A stretch of 63,187 nucleotides of DNA, filler included, from Pelomyxa schiedti (Eukaryota; Protista; Evosea): the NCBI GenBank assembly GCA_020536535.1. It is 19 parts of 19 records of this genome, joined end to end, with 100 filler letters (N's around TTAATTAATTAA, not from the genome) between each part and the next. Parts side by side here need not be neighbours in the genome. Positions count along the whole stretch, not along the records: positions 9,503 to 12,842 come from JAHLWZ010001759.1; positions 12,943 to 15,100 come from JAHLWZ010002101.1; positions 15,201 to 18,749 come from JAHLWZ010001732.1; positions 18,850 to 26,246 come from JAHLWZ010000322.1; 15 more parts are not named here. One strand, 5' to 3'. How positions within the stretch are numbered: position 1 is the stretch's first letter; each line of letters begins with the position of its first letter. The notes beneath the pieces were generated by a model that did not search any database, was not told where the DNA came from, and was given only the letters and a program-made list of their open reading frames with translations. Below, piece by piece: positions 11,584 through 24,800 of this stretch. A program made the position numbers and the translations under genes.

Positions 11584-12449
11584 GGCAAATCCAGGTGCTT
11601 TTTTTAGTCACTGAAAACACCTTGTTTTAACCGTTGATCAGCCTTCCCCCAATGGTTGTTTCTGCTGTGTGATCCAGACGACTGTGCACATAAGGCAGCT
11701 GCCTTTCCTTGTCGAATCTGTAATATGTACAATACCCCATGTCGTTATGCAGTACTAACTCCTCTAGGTGCTGCTGCTGAGGCAACCAAGCATTATATGT
11801 GAACCAAAGAATTATTCAACCAGAGCTACAGTCCTGTCTTATGTTGCCAGCTCTAAATACACCGAAAATTTACTCAATTTTCTCCCGCCACATAAGAACT
11901 GCACAACAGACTGTGCCCCTTGCCTCCCTGCCCATGATGCCTGCATGGGATCGCAACACTGCAATAATCCAAGACCACACTTATCCCGTACTCCACCAAA
12001 AATCTTTACGAAAACAAGAACTTCAATAAGTTACCAAGTACATAACCATCCCCCAGGATATATGTTGCCGGCTATTAAGCACATTACGTGTTACACTATT
12101 GTATTGTGTGACGAGGAAACGATGCCTCCGACTCAAGCGGAGTCAGAACTGCTAGCTGAAGGTTGTAGTCACTCAAACTGTAACTACCACACAAACCACT
12201 TGCATGAGTCCCACATCAAGGGAGTGTGGAAGTTATCAAGCGGTTCTCTTCCAGTCATCTCTGCATTGACCTAGGTTAGGTTCTTTTTTCTTTCTGCAAT
12301 GATTTTATGTCTATCTTATGTTCTTGTGGGTGAAATATTATCAAGTTCCAGTATTATTCAAAAACTTAAACAAGTATTTTAAAAATGTCTTTTAACATTC
12401 TAGTGCTGATAATGCTGAAGAGGAGTGATGTGCATTAAATGCCTTTCTT

Positions 12450-12842
12450 GGCTTTGTTGCTCCTGTCAAACTCGAGTTTGACAAAGTCGGACACATCGCC
12501 CTCCTGTGTTCGACTTGGTGATTTGATTTCCAACCTCCATAACTTGTGCACACAAGTTCTTTTCTGTCTCTACAACCAAATGGCACCCAGACACCCAACC
12601 AACACAATTCCAATCAAACTTTACACAACCCAGCTTTCTGGTACCAATGCACATCCCATAATTCTGGTAGAGAAAAAAAAAGGAGGTTCTTAAGATAAAA
12701 ACATAGAAGGAAACTGGGCTTCCCCCCTACCATCAGGCACCTCCTTTCCCCCAGCATACAACGCATTGGCGTGGGCCACGTCTCTGGCCACACCAATACC
12801 CCTTTCCCGGCAATACCCAAGGAACACAGCCGCCCTCGCGCA
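12450..12842 (-). CDS. Sel1-like repeat protein, 3' fragment
   Basis: Exon ARAAVFLGYCRERGIGVARDVAHANALY matches the Sel1 pattern. Downstream exons end ...EGDVSDFVKLEFDRSNKAKKGI*. Confidence 0.4.
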
Positions 12843-12942
12843 NNNNNNNNNNNNNNNNNNNNNNNNNNNNNNNNNNNNNNNNNNNNTTAATTAATTAANN
12901 NNNNNNNNNNNNNNNNNNNNNNNNNNNNNNNNNNNNNNNNNN

Positions 12943-14036
12943 CAAGTTGAGGCCCACACTTCAGTGGTGGTCACCTCATCACTGCTGCAGAAGTTATCAT
13001 TGTGAGAGAAATATCTCAGCACAAATGGTCTGGAAAATCTCCTGTCAGAGAACACAATCAAAAAGAAGTGAGGAGGAGCGCACGGGTTCGTGGTGTCAGG
13101 AATGAGAGTCCAGGGGTCGGGCTCTGCAGCCACACATGACCAGGTCTCCATCCACTCGGGGCCAGCAACGCAGTCATATGAGTTGCAATCATCAGTGTAA
13201 TAGTACTCGTACCCGAGGATCGCTGTGGTTCCATCACATGCTCCAACTGTTGCAATGTTATCCGTGGTAGGTGAAAGGGGAATACACTCAGAGCAAGCAC
13301 ACACCATCACTTGAAATTGCATGGTAAGTGATGAGCTGATAGTCCGCTGTTGGAGTGGCAGCGGCTTCACAATCCAGAGAAAAGTAGCCGCTTCCCGAGG
13401 AGTAGAAGCATTCGCCGTGGCGATAGCCCCCCCAAGGAGTGAGCAGATCATAGGCGTAGCCTTCAGCACATGTAGAGTCGTCGTAGTTGGCCGTTTTCTG
13501 GAACGAGTCAGAGAAGAAGGGGAAAAGGAAGGAATTTACATAGAGTTCAGCTATTGCTTTGTTGCATGTCCAGCCACGGTAGGATGTCATATAAGTAGAG
13601 AACACACAAGTGTCCTTGGCAACGACAAAATGAGTCACGTCTTTTCCATTGCAGTCATCTGACCACTGAGTGTAGGTATAATCACTTGAACAAAGTAAGC
13701 CGAAGGAAGAAGAATCCCCATACATACGGATCATCAAAGTAGGAATCAATTGCCGGCATAACGTCGTGGCACACAGTCTTGTAATTATAGTCATATCCCC
13801 AAGAGCAAATAGTGTCTTCGGTGCAGCTTGAAGTCAGTTCCACGTCCACGTAGATCACGTTGTTGCATGAAGTCGAGTCTGAGAGGGTGAGAGTGGTGAG
13901 GTACAAATGCAGGAAAAAAGCAGAACAAATGACCGGATAAACTACCAGTCATTTCGTAGTAGGTGACTTCTGTCCACACGGCCGAGGTTGTGCTGAGGAA
14001 CGCACAGAAAAGGGACACCAGAAATGTGCACCTCAT
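12943..14036 (-). CDS. Cys/Tyr-rich secreted or surface protein; 3' truncated, multi-exon
   Basis: Signal-peptide-like start MRCTFLVSLFCAFLSTTSA. Repeated Y-x-D/S-x2-C motifs across exons. Confidence 0.65.
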
Positions 14037-14481
14037 CCTTGTGTGATTGTTTTCGTTGTGGTTTTTGGAGCTTGTTCGTGGCTTTTTAAATCTGATAATT
14101 GCACATTTGCATTAGCTGAACGGGACAGATGAGATGTGAATGAATCTGACACGCGCAGTTTTTCACTGTGAAAGAAACGCGTTTCAATTTCAATGTGCAC
14201 AACCCTATTGCTTTTCCTTCACAAGACCAAATAACTCATACCGGGAACAGTTGGTTGCAGATGCGTCCACCAGAGTGCAAATGTGAGGCCATCATTTCGT
14301 CAGGCATGAAGCCCCAAAAACCATGGACAAAGCTAGAGCTGGCAGGAGTTCCTACACTTGGGAGGTTGGTGTTGAGAAAAAAACTATGGTTTGTCAGGCA
14401 AAGCATCAGCAAAACGTGACAGGATATCCTCCATCACCAAGAGTCGATCTCATAACCAATCAATAATTTGATTCGACGGTG

Positions 14482-15100
14482 ATGACAAGTGGAGGGCGTG
14501 TGGTGTTCAGTTGCGTACAAAACGCACTACGCCTACGTAACGTCGTAACGTAACTCACACCCGATGTTGTGAATGCGTTTTGTTTGTTTGCTTGTTTGTT
14601 TTTTTTCTCTCTCTCTCTCTCGCAGTTGGGAATATTCCGTATGACGTGAAGGAGGAGCAACTGGTGGAGCACTTTGCGCGTGTGGGTCCTGTGGTGTCAT
14701 TCAGGTTTCTCGTTTTGGCATCGTTTTGCTTGTTTGATTGATTATGGCTAAGATTAATGCATGATCCTGGAACTAATAAGAGGCGAGGTTATGCTTTTTG
14801 TGAATATCGGGATCCTGAAACAGCTCAGAGTGCAATTAGAAACTATATGCAAAATTCTTATGACATGACTTGCTAATCCAACAACATTTTCCCTTTTTTA
14901 TTTTTGTTTTTTTTTTTTGGCCCTTACACTAGACAATTCTGAGTTCTTTGGAAGACTTCTCAGAGTTGACTTTGCAGACAACGATAAGCCACTCCCACCA
15001 GCAGGTGGGCCTGGAATGGGAATGCAACCACCAGGTGGAAACTATTCGTACACCAACCAAGGATACAACTACCCACCAAACCAACCAAATCAGCCTCCAC
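14482..15100 (+). CDS. CSTF2: CstF-64/RNA15-type RRM protein; 3' truncated
   Basis: Spliced MTSGGRVVF|IGNIPYDVKEEQLVEHFARVGPVVSFR|LMHDPGTNKRRGYAFCEYRDPETAQSAIRN|LDNSEFFGRLLRVDFAD aligns without gaps to the CstF-64 RRM. The third intron must be AT-AC (14845-14929). Confidence 0.85.
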
Positions 15101-15299
15101 NNNNNNNNNNNNNNNNNNNNNNNNNNNNNNNNNNNNNNNNNNNNTTAATTAATTAANNNNNNNNNNNNNNNNNNNNNNNNNNNNNNNNNNNNNNNNNNNN
15201 GGTAGACGCTGTCCCAGCGGCAATAGCAGGAGTTGTCGTAGATTCATCTGGGGAATGTTATGTTGTGCAAAGTTATTGTCTTATCACAATTACCTTGTT

Positions 15300-16080
15300 C
15301 CTTGGGGCTTGATTCCTTTGGCACCAGGGGAGTATGGTTGGTGGTAAGCACAGAAGAGTGCTAGTCGTTGCTGGAATTTGTACATTTGAGCTGGTCATTG
15401 CTGGAATGTACTGAGGAGTGCTGGTTATTGCTGGAATGTGTAGATATGAGCCAGTGATTGCCGGAATATGCAGGCGATTGCCAGTGGTTGCTGGAATGTG
15501 TGTATTTGAGCCAGTGATTGCCAGAATGTGTGTATTTGAGCCGGTGATTGCTGGAATGTGCTGGTGAGCACCAGTGGTTGCTGGAATCTGTAGATGGGAG
15601 CTGGGGATTGCTGAAATGTGCTGGTGAATGTTGGCAGTTGCTGGAATCTGTAGTTGGGAGCTGGTTAATGCTGGAATGTAGTGATGAGTGTTGGTAGTTG
15701 CTGAAATGTACTGGTTAGCGCTGGTGGTGGCTGGAATGTGTAGTGGGGAGCCTGTGATTACTGGAAGGTTGGATGTTGTTGGAGTGTACTGGTGATTGCC
15801 GGTGGTTACAAAAACATGTTGGTCAGTGCTGAAAGTTGCCGGAATGTGCTGGTGAGTTTCAGTAGTTGCTGGAATGTATTGTTGAGTGGTAGGGGTTACC
15901 CCAGGGCGTTGGTGGGCTGCAGTGATTGCCAGAATATTAGGGGGAGGGCATGGACTTTCTGGAACATGCTGTGAAGCGCAGGTAATAGATTGATGGGTTC
16001 TGGCGAGGTCTGGCAGTTGCTGGAAGGTGCTTGGAAGTGCTAGTGCTGGCTGGAACATGCTTGTGAGTGTTGGTGCTGCC
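15300..16080 (-). repeat. 39-bp (13-aa) degenerate tandem repeat, about 20 units
   Basis: Recurrent GTTGCTGGAATGT core. Minus frame gives HIPATTG(N/S)HQ-like units. Confidence 0.85.
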
Positions 16081-16559
16081 TGGAGCGTGCAAGTGGGTGC
16101 AAATTGTTGCTGTTGAGTGCTAACTGAAAGCGAGTGTTGGTAAGTTACAGGTTGGTTTTGCAGGAGGTTCCTGGTGATTTGAAGAGCGAATCTAACACAG
16201 AATTCTCAGAGACAAAACTGACTACTGGTTCAATGAGGGCTGTTAAGGTTGATGGTTGATGCGCAGGTGGTGTTGAATTCATTGCCAGTGTTAAAGCTTT
16301 CAAACATACACTTTGAACCAGAGAATTCAAAGCAGGGATTTCATGCCACAAAGTTTCCACAAAAAGTTGAACTTGGTCATCAGAAAAGGAGGAATCCAGT
16401 TGTTTGAGTGCTAATACTAGTGCAGCTTTGAAGGTGTTCCTCATTTCTTGTTCCCACATTTCATTTGAGCCTTGCCGGGAGACTCTTGTTGGGTTGCCCA
16501 AGAGAATGTGAGATAATTTGTTGGAGGTACCATTGTGTGAAAGATACTCTCTTGGGGTT

Positions 16560-17760
16560 CCTGGGATACACAGGGTGGAGCAGATGTATGGCTGTTGGAA
16601 CTTTCCCATGGTGAGGTATTAACTGGCCACAGACCAGCTCTCCTCCAACCAGTTTGAATGAGGTCTGGAACCAGAGCATACTGTAGAGCCTCTGCAGTGG
16701 CAATGAGCAACTTGCCTCGTTTTGCAGGTCCAGTATCCCCTGAGACAGGTTCATAATGAGAACTTAGCTTTTGTTTCAAAACGGCAAAAGGTGCAAGGTC
16801 AATGGTTGAAAAATGTGAGAGGAATGGGGAGGGATTTTCACTTATTGAATATTATGTGTTGATTGCAGTGCTAGTGCTTCTGGGTTATCTCATGTTTTGT
16901 GACCATCACAAACCAAGACAGAAGGAGCAAAAGGATTCTGCATAGTCTTTCACATGTTCTCCACAAAAGGTATAAAGATATCTTTAATCCAAGCTACATA
17001 AATGGCAGTGTTAATCCAACCTTTGGAGCTTCCTGACCAAGCAAAAGCACCTTTAAGGCAATGTGGAAGGGCAGGTAATTTCTTCAAAGGAAGAATGAAT
17101 AAAGTGGGTAAATGTTCCCCTGCAGCAGAATGGCTACCACAGCAGTAATATGTTTACCTTTACAGGCTTTGTCAAGGGCAGTTGGGCAAACATCCCCATA
17201 TGTCAGTCTTTTGACTCCTTTTCCCCTTGCCTCTGCAGAAATAAAAGTTTCATCCATATTGAAGAGAAGCTTAGAAGAATAGGTTTGAGATTCTAGCAAG
17301 TCCTTCCATTTCAGTAGAAACTCTTTAAGAATACCCTTAGATAACAGCCGTGTTTCTTCCATAAGCCATGTTGTGCAGAAATGGAGATTTGGATGTCGTT
17401 CAACAAAAATCCCTTTAGCCATCTCTTGCTGAATATAGGCAGCTTGGTCACATCCTTTCCACTACTAACCCAGAAATCTCTAAGGAGGTGTTTGAGTTCT
17501 GTTAAGGTTGGAAAGTACTCAGTTGTAGCCAAGTCAATACTTTTGGTAGCAATTGCCTCCTCTTCTGTCTTAGTAAATAAGAGTGGGTGTCCTTTCTGAC
17601 AGGGAGAAGTGGTAGACTTGACAGGGTGAAGTTTACTCTGCAGTTGACGGCGATTCAGCTTATTTACAGCAATGCCTTTAGAAACCCCATACTTTTCAAC
17701 TAAAAGCACTGCTTTTTCTAAGGCTGTTGCACCTTGATGTAATGAGTATTACTGGAAAAA
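16560..17760 (-). mobile_element. Decayed pogo/Tc5-like (DDE_1, CENP-B-type HTH) transposase
   Basis: FSKRWLKGFL (HTH_Tnp_Tc5 end), LLFNMDETF (first D), SSKGWINTAIYVAWIKDIF, VLVCDGH (second D), a frameshifted QPxD region, then GWRRAGLWP. Two frameshifts and in-frame stops. No TIRs found. Confidence 0.85.
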
Positions 17761-17829
17761 CAGGTGATTACCTGTGGGTAGTTCTTTCAACAATTCTTGT
17801 GCTTCTTGAAGTGTGGGTTTAGCAGGGTT

Positions 17830-18340
17830 CAAGTCCTTTTGAATTACCTGGGCCAATTTGATTGACTTTGAGAGTGTGTTGCCCTTTGCACTGACTGTAC
17901 TGCTGCTTGTGCTACTACTGGCTGTGTTGTCTGTGTTGCTGCTTGTGCTTGTTGTGCTGCCTGCATTGCTGCCAATATTGTTGTTGCTTGTGTTGCTGCT
18001 TGTTGTGCTGGCTGTGCTGCTGCTTGTGCAACTGCTTGTGCTGCAGCCTGTGCTGTTGTCCACGCTGGTAATTGTGCCACCTGTGCTGCAGCCCATGCTG
18101 CTACTTGGGCAACTGCTCAAGCTACAACTCATGCTGCCCGTGCTGATGCTCATTGTGCCACTGCCTGTGGTGCTACCCATGCTACTACAAGTATTTCTGG
18201 AAATATTTGTGGTGTTGCCCATCCTGCGAACTGCGTTGTCACCCACATTAATAGCGGCGTTACCACAAGTGCCACTACACATCCCACAACTACATTGGTT
18301 GCAACCAACACCAGTGTCACTGTTGCACGCCATACACGAA
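17830..18340. repeat. Low-complexity GCT/TGT-rich microrepeats
   Basis: Short GCTGCTTGTGCT-type units. They give S/T/N-rich or A/Q-rich frames on - and poly-Leu/Val on +. Confidence 0.7.
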
Positions 18341-18849
18341 TCACCCGGAGCCACGGCACGGTCAGATCTGATCAAATACAAACAACCAAGTCTTCTGTGA
18401 TGGAACATTAGACACTGCACATTTTCGGTCTAAAACAGATGAAAGACTCGCGTGCAACAGTAAGGACGGAAGGCGTGAACACGAGCGACTGCGTGTTGCA
18501 GACTCGGTCCCAGATTCATCCTGCAGATAGCGGAACAGTGTTGAGCAATGGGGGACAGGTCGGGGCTCCCATCCTTTGGGGGGCGCCTCTCGCGTGTTTG
18601 GGGTTGTCGGCGCCGCTGGGCGAGGCGAAGTGTAACTGCTGCAACAACAGCATCCAATCCAAGTTGAACACGCCACTTGTCACGTGTTGGATGAGATGCA
18701 TCGCGAGATAGATCCGCACTAAGCTCTTTATAGTTGGTGTTATAATTAGNNNNNNNNNNNNNNNNNNNNNNNNNNNNNNNNNNNNNNNNNNNNTTAATTA
18801 ATTAANNNNNNNNNNNNNNNNNNNNNNNNNNNNNNNNNNNNNNNNNNNN

Positions 18850-21800
18850 ATTCGGAAATCGATTCACTGAGGATTAAAAACGACTCCCTTCTTCAAACCG
18901 CATCCAGTACAAAAGCGGAATTGGAAAATCGTGACAAATTACTCAAAGATTGCAAAAAGGAACTGGAATTACACAAAAATAAGCTCAAGGAGCATGAGTG
19001 CCAACTGGGGCTTACACAGCAGAGATTGAATGAAACTGAAACTCTGATGCAGCAATCCAAGATGGAGCTGGAGAATTACACAAGGGAAATGGAGTCCAAG
19101 CTTGAAAAACAGGGCAGAGATCAACGCGAAATGGAGGCTGACCATGAAAACACCCTGAAACAAGTAAACAATGACCTGGAATCACACAAGCAACAAGTGA
19201 GGGCACTTGAAGACAAATTGAAGAAATGCAATCAACGCAATGACGCCCAAGAAATTGAATTGATTCAAAAGCTTGAGCAAATTGGATCTCTCAAGACAGG
19301 GCTATCTGAAAGCCAGCAACATGGCGAGAAGTTGGAAAATGATCTTGAACGTCTAAACACACTTAATGCATCCCTTGAACTTAAGCAGCAGTCCCTTACC
19401 GCGCAGCTGGAGGATTTTTCAAGGAAAATCACCTTGCTGGAGGGGCAAATATCCAGTGGAGATAACAAAAACAGGGACCTTGAGTTGGAATTGAGGAACC
19501 TCTTGCAGCACAAGGGAAACCTGGAACTTGATCTCTCATCACAAAAGGAGAAAAGCACGGCCCTTGTGGCCCAATTAACTGCAGAGAAAAGCCAGCTAGC
19601 ATCCCAGATTCAAATAGCCAATGAAGAATTCCTCAACCTGCGGGCCGATTTTGAGAAGGAACAGCAGCACAACAAAGAAGTTGAAGAAAAGATCCAAAAG
19701 AAGCGGCACACCTGCAAGTTACTGAAAAAGGATATGGAAGAGAGTAAAAATTCAATCAGTGCCCTGGAAGAAAAGCTTGCCCAGCACCACCAGCAGAACA
19801 CAGATTTACAGGGAAAGCTTGCAAATATGCAACGGGACAGTTCTTCAGTGAAATTGGAACTGGACAACAAAGCCAAGTATTGCCAAGACTTGGAAGCCCA
19901 GATATTGATGCACAAGGAGCAGTACAAGAGCATTGAAGAAGAGTTAAAGCAAGCTAAATTAAGTTGCAGCCAGTGCTTTGCACGCATCCAAGAATTGGAA
20001 GCAGGAGCACATGAAAGTGAGAAACAGATGCAAGCACTCAGAAGTGACCTGAATAGCAGTGTGCAAAAGTTACAGGACTTGGATATTCAATCCAAAGCTG
20101 AACTGCAGTCCCTGGAATCGCATGTAAAGGACATTTCACAGGAAAGTGAAAAGCTGAAGTTGCAGCTTGCTGCCAATCAGCACCTGAGCCAACAGCTGCA
20201 AGAACAGCTTGAGAAAGAGACCTCTTCCAAAGTGTCTGTGGAAGCCAATTTTGTTGAACTTAACAAACAAAACAAAAGTTTGGAGGATGACCTCCAGGAG
20301 CACAAAAAACAGCTTGCCAGCCACTTGCACACAATCACAGAGCTTGAATCGCAACTCAACCTTCAGAATCAAGCTGTAGCAAGTACCCAGGCTGAGCTGC
20401 TGAGAGAAAGGTCACAAAGAAAAACTGTGGAAAAAGACCTCAGGGATAAAATCGGCATGCTTGAAGTTGAGCTTTCGGAGCAGAAGAATACCTGTTCTTT
20501 GCTGGAGAATAACTTCCAGAACCGCTCCCAGCAACTTCAGCATTTGACTGACGAACTTGAAATTAAGGTGCAACAGCAAAATTCACTACAAGAAGACATC
20601 AACAAAGAGAAGGAACGCAACACACAATTCACTCTCATGGTAGAGGAGTTAAGAGGCCAACTTGCAGAGCTAGGTGCCAAGTACGAGGACTGCAAGCAAT
20701 GCAACTCTGTGCTTAAATCAGAAGTGGACAAGAACAAAGAAGTCATTCTGCAATATGAATACAATTTGCAACAAAAGAGTGTGATGATATCCAGTCTGGA
20801 AGGGGAAATTGCCCAGATCAATCAAAAGAAAACAGAAATGAAACTAAGCTACGAGCGAGCACTGGAAGAACAGAAAACAGCACTGACAAGTGAAAAGCAA
20901 AGTGCACTCCAGAAACGAGAAGCCGCACTAAACACAGAAAAACAGAACGCACTTGAGCAACAGGCAAGTGCATATAATGCTGAAAAGCAGAACGCACTCA
21001 ATCAACAGGAGGTTGCACTCAACACTGAGAGGCAGAACGCACTGGAACAGCAAAAAATTGCACTTGAAGCAGAAAAAGAAAACGCACTTAAAGATCAAGC
21101 AGCCACACTCAACACTCAGAAGCAAAGTGCACTTGAAGACCAGGCAGCCACACTTGGTGCAGAAAAAGAGAATGCACTTGAAAAACAAGCTGCTGCACTC
21201 AGCACAGAAAAGCAAAACGCACTTGAAAAACAAGCTACTGAACTAAATGCTGAAAACCTGAAGGATCTAGACCAAAAGGAGGCTGCACACAGGAAAGAGC
21301 AGCATAAGGCACTTGAAGAGCAAGAGATTGTACTCAGGAAGGAGAAGCAGGAGGCACTTGAAGAGCAAGAGATTGTACTCAGGATGGAGAAGCAGAAGGC
21401 ACTTGAAGAGCAAGCAGTTGCACTGAACACCGCAAACCAAAGTGCACTTGAAATGCAAGCCATTTCACTCGAAACGGAAAAGCAAAGTGCGCTACAGCAG
21501 CAAAAAAACACACTTGAGGAGGAAATGAAACAACAAGCATTGGCACTCAACACAGAGAAGCAGAAAGCACTTGTGCAGCAGGAATTTGCACTCAAGGCAG
21601 AAAAGCAACAAGCACTTGAACAGCAGGCCAGCGCACTGGAGTCTGAGAAGGAGAAAGCACTTGAGCAGGAGGCAGCCACACTCAACACAGAGAAGCAGCA
21701 GGCACTCGAACAGCAAAAAAGTGCACTGTATGCTGAGATGCAAAGTGCCCTGCAAAAACAGTGTAGTGTACTGGGTGCTGAAAAGCAAGAAGCACTTGAG

Positions 21801-24800
21801 CAGCAGGCAACTGCATTCAGCACAGAGAAACATCAGGCACTTGAGCAACAAGCAAGTGCACTGGATGTTGACAAGCAAAGTGCCCTGCAGCAAAAAGCAG
21901 CAGCACTCGATGCAGAAAGGAAGGGTGCACTTGAACAGCAAGCAGCTTCACTGAATGCAGAAAAGCAGAGTGCACTGGAACAACAAGCCAACAGACTGGA
22001 GGCAGAGAAGCAGAGCGCACTGGAGGTGGAGAGGCGGAGAACCTCAGCCAGGTTGTGTGAACTGAAGGAGGAACTGGAGAGGGCACTGGAGGCAGAAAAG
22101 CAGTCCAGTGCGGCCCAGCTGGCAGAGCTCCAAGGGGTCATGGAAAGCTCACTGCAACAGCAAGCTAAAACACTCGAGGCAGATAAGCAGAGTGCACTTG
22201 TACAAGAAAAGCAGAACAGCTCTGAAAGACTTGCAGAGCTAAAACAGGCCATGGAAAGCCAGCTTGAAGCAGAAAAGAAGGCTAGCTCCAACAAGCTGGC
22301 CGAGGCCAAAGAGGGCATGGAGAGGGCACTCCACCTACAGCAGCAGCAACACAAGCAGGAGCAAGAGCAGGCAATTGCAACAACAACTGCACAGATCCAG
22401 CTGGAGGTTGAAAGGGAAAGAGAAGCACTGAGGAGGGTGCTGGAAGAAGCTGCACAAGTGGACAAGCAAAGGCATCTTGAATGTGAGCGATGCAAATCAG
22501 CATATGAGCAAGAACTGGCCAGGCTTCATCAGCTTCTGCAAGAAAAGGAACAAGAGCTCAAAGATAAGCTCAACACAGAAAGACAGAGTTGGTCAGGCAA
22601 GCTTGCTGACCTCAAGCGTGACATGGACAATTCACTTGAACAACAGGCGACTGCTCTCAATGCCGAAAAGCGAAGTGCACTCCAACAGCAAGAAACTGTG
22701 TTCAATACAGAGAAGCAAAGTGCACTCGAGCAGCAGGCAACTTTGCTTGATGCAGCAAAGCAGAATGCACTCAACCAGCAAGAAACACTGCTCAGTGTGG
22801 AAAAACAAAGTGCCCTTGAGCAACAAGCAGCTTCCCTTGGGGCTGAAAAGGAGACCATACTCAGGCAGCAAGAGGCTGCTATGTCAAAGCAATCAGAGGT
22901 GTTTAAACATTGTGAAGACAAGCTTGCACACCGCAAACAAAAAATCAGAGACTTCAAGTCAGAGGTGGAGAAGTATAGTCACCAGAACAAGCAGCTGGAA
23001 GCTGAACTCCTGCAATGCCAGCAGCACTGCAAAGCTCTTGAAGAAGAGGCTCAAAAGAGTTGCAAGCACAACAAATGTCTGGAAGAAGATCTGAGCACAT
23101 GCCAAAAGAGAAATGAAGCACTACATGATGAAATTGAGCAATGCACACAATTAGCCACAGTTGCTGACGAGAAATTGGGAAGCTTGACACAACACAACGC
23201 AACTCTTTCAACTGAAATAGACCAGCACAAACAATGTGCTGAGGGACTTGCCAACAAACTTGGCCAAGTAAATCTCTTTTATATAGTTTATATATTATTT
23301 ATATATATTTATAACTTGGTCACACCTAACCACGCAAACTACGTCAGATCAGCAACCAGCTTGATGCGCAAGCACAGGAAAATGCAAAGCTCACCTCAGA
23401 AATTGAGGAGCAAGCCAAAGCTGTTTTGGGTCTTGAGAGGCAACTCACAGATGAGAGAAATCTCAATCAAATGCTCACAACTCAAGTTCATGATTTGGGT
23501 TTGCATGCGCACCAGCAGGAAGAAGAGCTGAATCTGGTGCGGGAGCAACTCTTAAAATCGCAGATGGAATTGCAGCAGGGCAAGAGCGNNNNNNNNNNNN
23601 NNNNNNNNNNNNNNNNNNNNNNNNNNNNNNNNNNNNNNNNNNNNNNNNNNNNNNNNNNNNNNNNNNNNNNNNNNNNNNNNNNNNNNNNCAAATGCTCACA
23701 ACTCAAGTTCATGATTTGGGTTTGCATGCGCACCAGCAGGAAGAAGAGCTGAATCTGGTGCGGGAGCAACTCTTAAAATCGCAGATGGAATTGCAGCAGG
23801 GCAAGAGCGAACTGCACGATTCATCTGGACAAAATGCCTCCCTCACTCTGCAACTGCAAAAGCGTGATGAACTTATAGAGGAACTTCACTCGCAATGCAA
23901 CAAACTAGAGGAGCGGGTCAAGAACTTGGAAGGGACAAAGATAGACCTTGAACACAGGATTAATGAAAACCAAGTGTCCAGTTCCAACTTGGAAATGGAG
24001 TGCAGAAAGCTTCAAGATCACATTCAAGAGCAAACTAGTACCATATGCACACTTGGAGAGTCCGTCAAGAAATTTGAAGCCAGTTCAGATAACTTTAAAC
24101 AGCGTACAGAGATGCTGGATTCACAACTTTCCCAGAGCCAAAAAGAAATCACAATTCTACAAGAAAGAGCCGAGTTACTGAGCAAGGAAAATGCCAGGCT
24201 GGAAGAGGATCTCAGCAAACAAAGCCAGGCTGTCAAGCACCTTGAAGATGACATTCTTCAACACAAATCACATGAGGAAGCCCAAGACAGAGAAATTGGC
24301 ATTCACAAAACCAAAATAGGTGATATGGAAGCTGAAGTAGAGCAACAAACAGGAGTCATCAACCACCTGACTTCAGAGAACGAATCACACAATCAAAGAA
24401 TTGCAGACCTTTCCAGTGAAATTGATAAGCACAACCAACTTTCCAAATCACAACAAGAAGAGCTCAGTAAACAGCAAGGAAGGATAACCTCTTTGGAAAA
24501 CGACCTGCAACAAATGGCATTACTTGAGGCAGAGCTTAAGCAACGCAATCTCGCCTCACAGGAGGAGCTTTGTGCAAAGCAACAGGAAAACACAAAACTG
24601 AAAGAAAGCATTGAGCAATTACACACCACCCTTTCAGGCCATGTCCAACAATCCGAGGAAAAAGTGCTGGTGTTAGAGCAAACTATGTCCCAAAAGGGGT
24701 TGAGCATCACCAACCTAGAACAGGAGCTCTTGCAATGCAAAGAAGTTATTGGAAAACAGCAGTTGGATATAGAAAAATATTCAGCAGAAGTAGGAAGACA

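Noticed and set aside
17858-18400. Highly hydrophobic 180-aa ORF as a membrane protein
   Set aside because: Poly-Leu/Val arises from reading GCT/TGT microrepeats in that frame. No real helix-loop structure.
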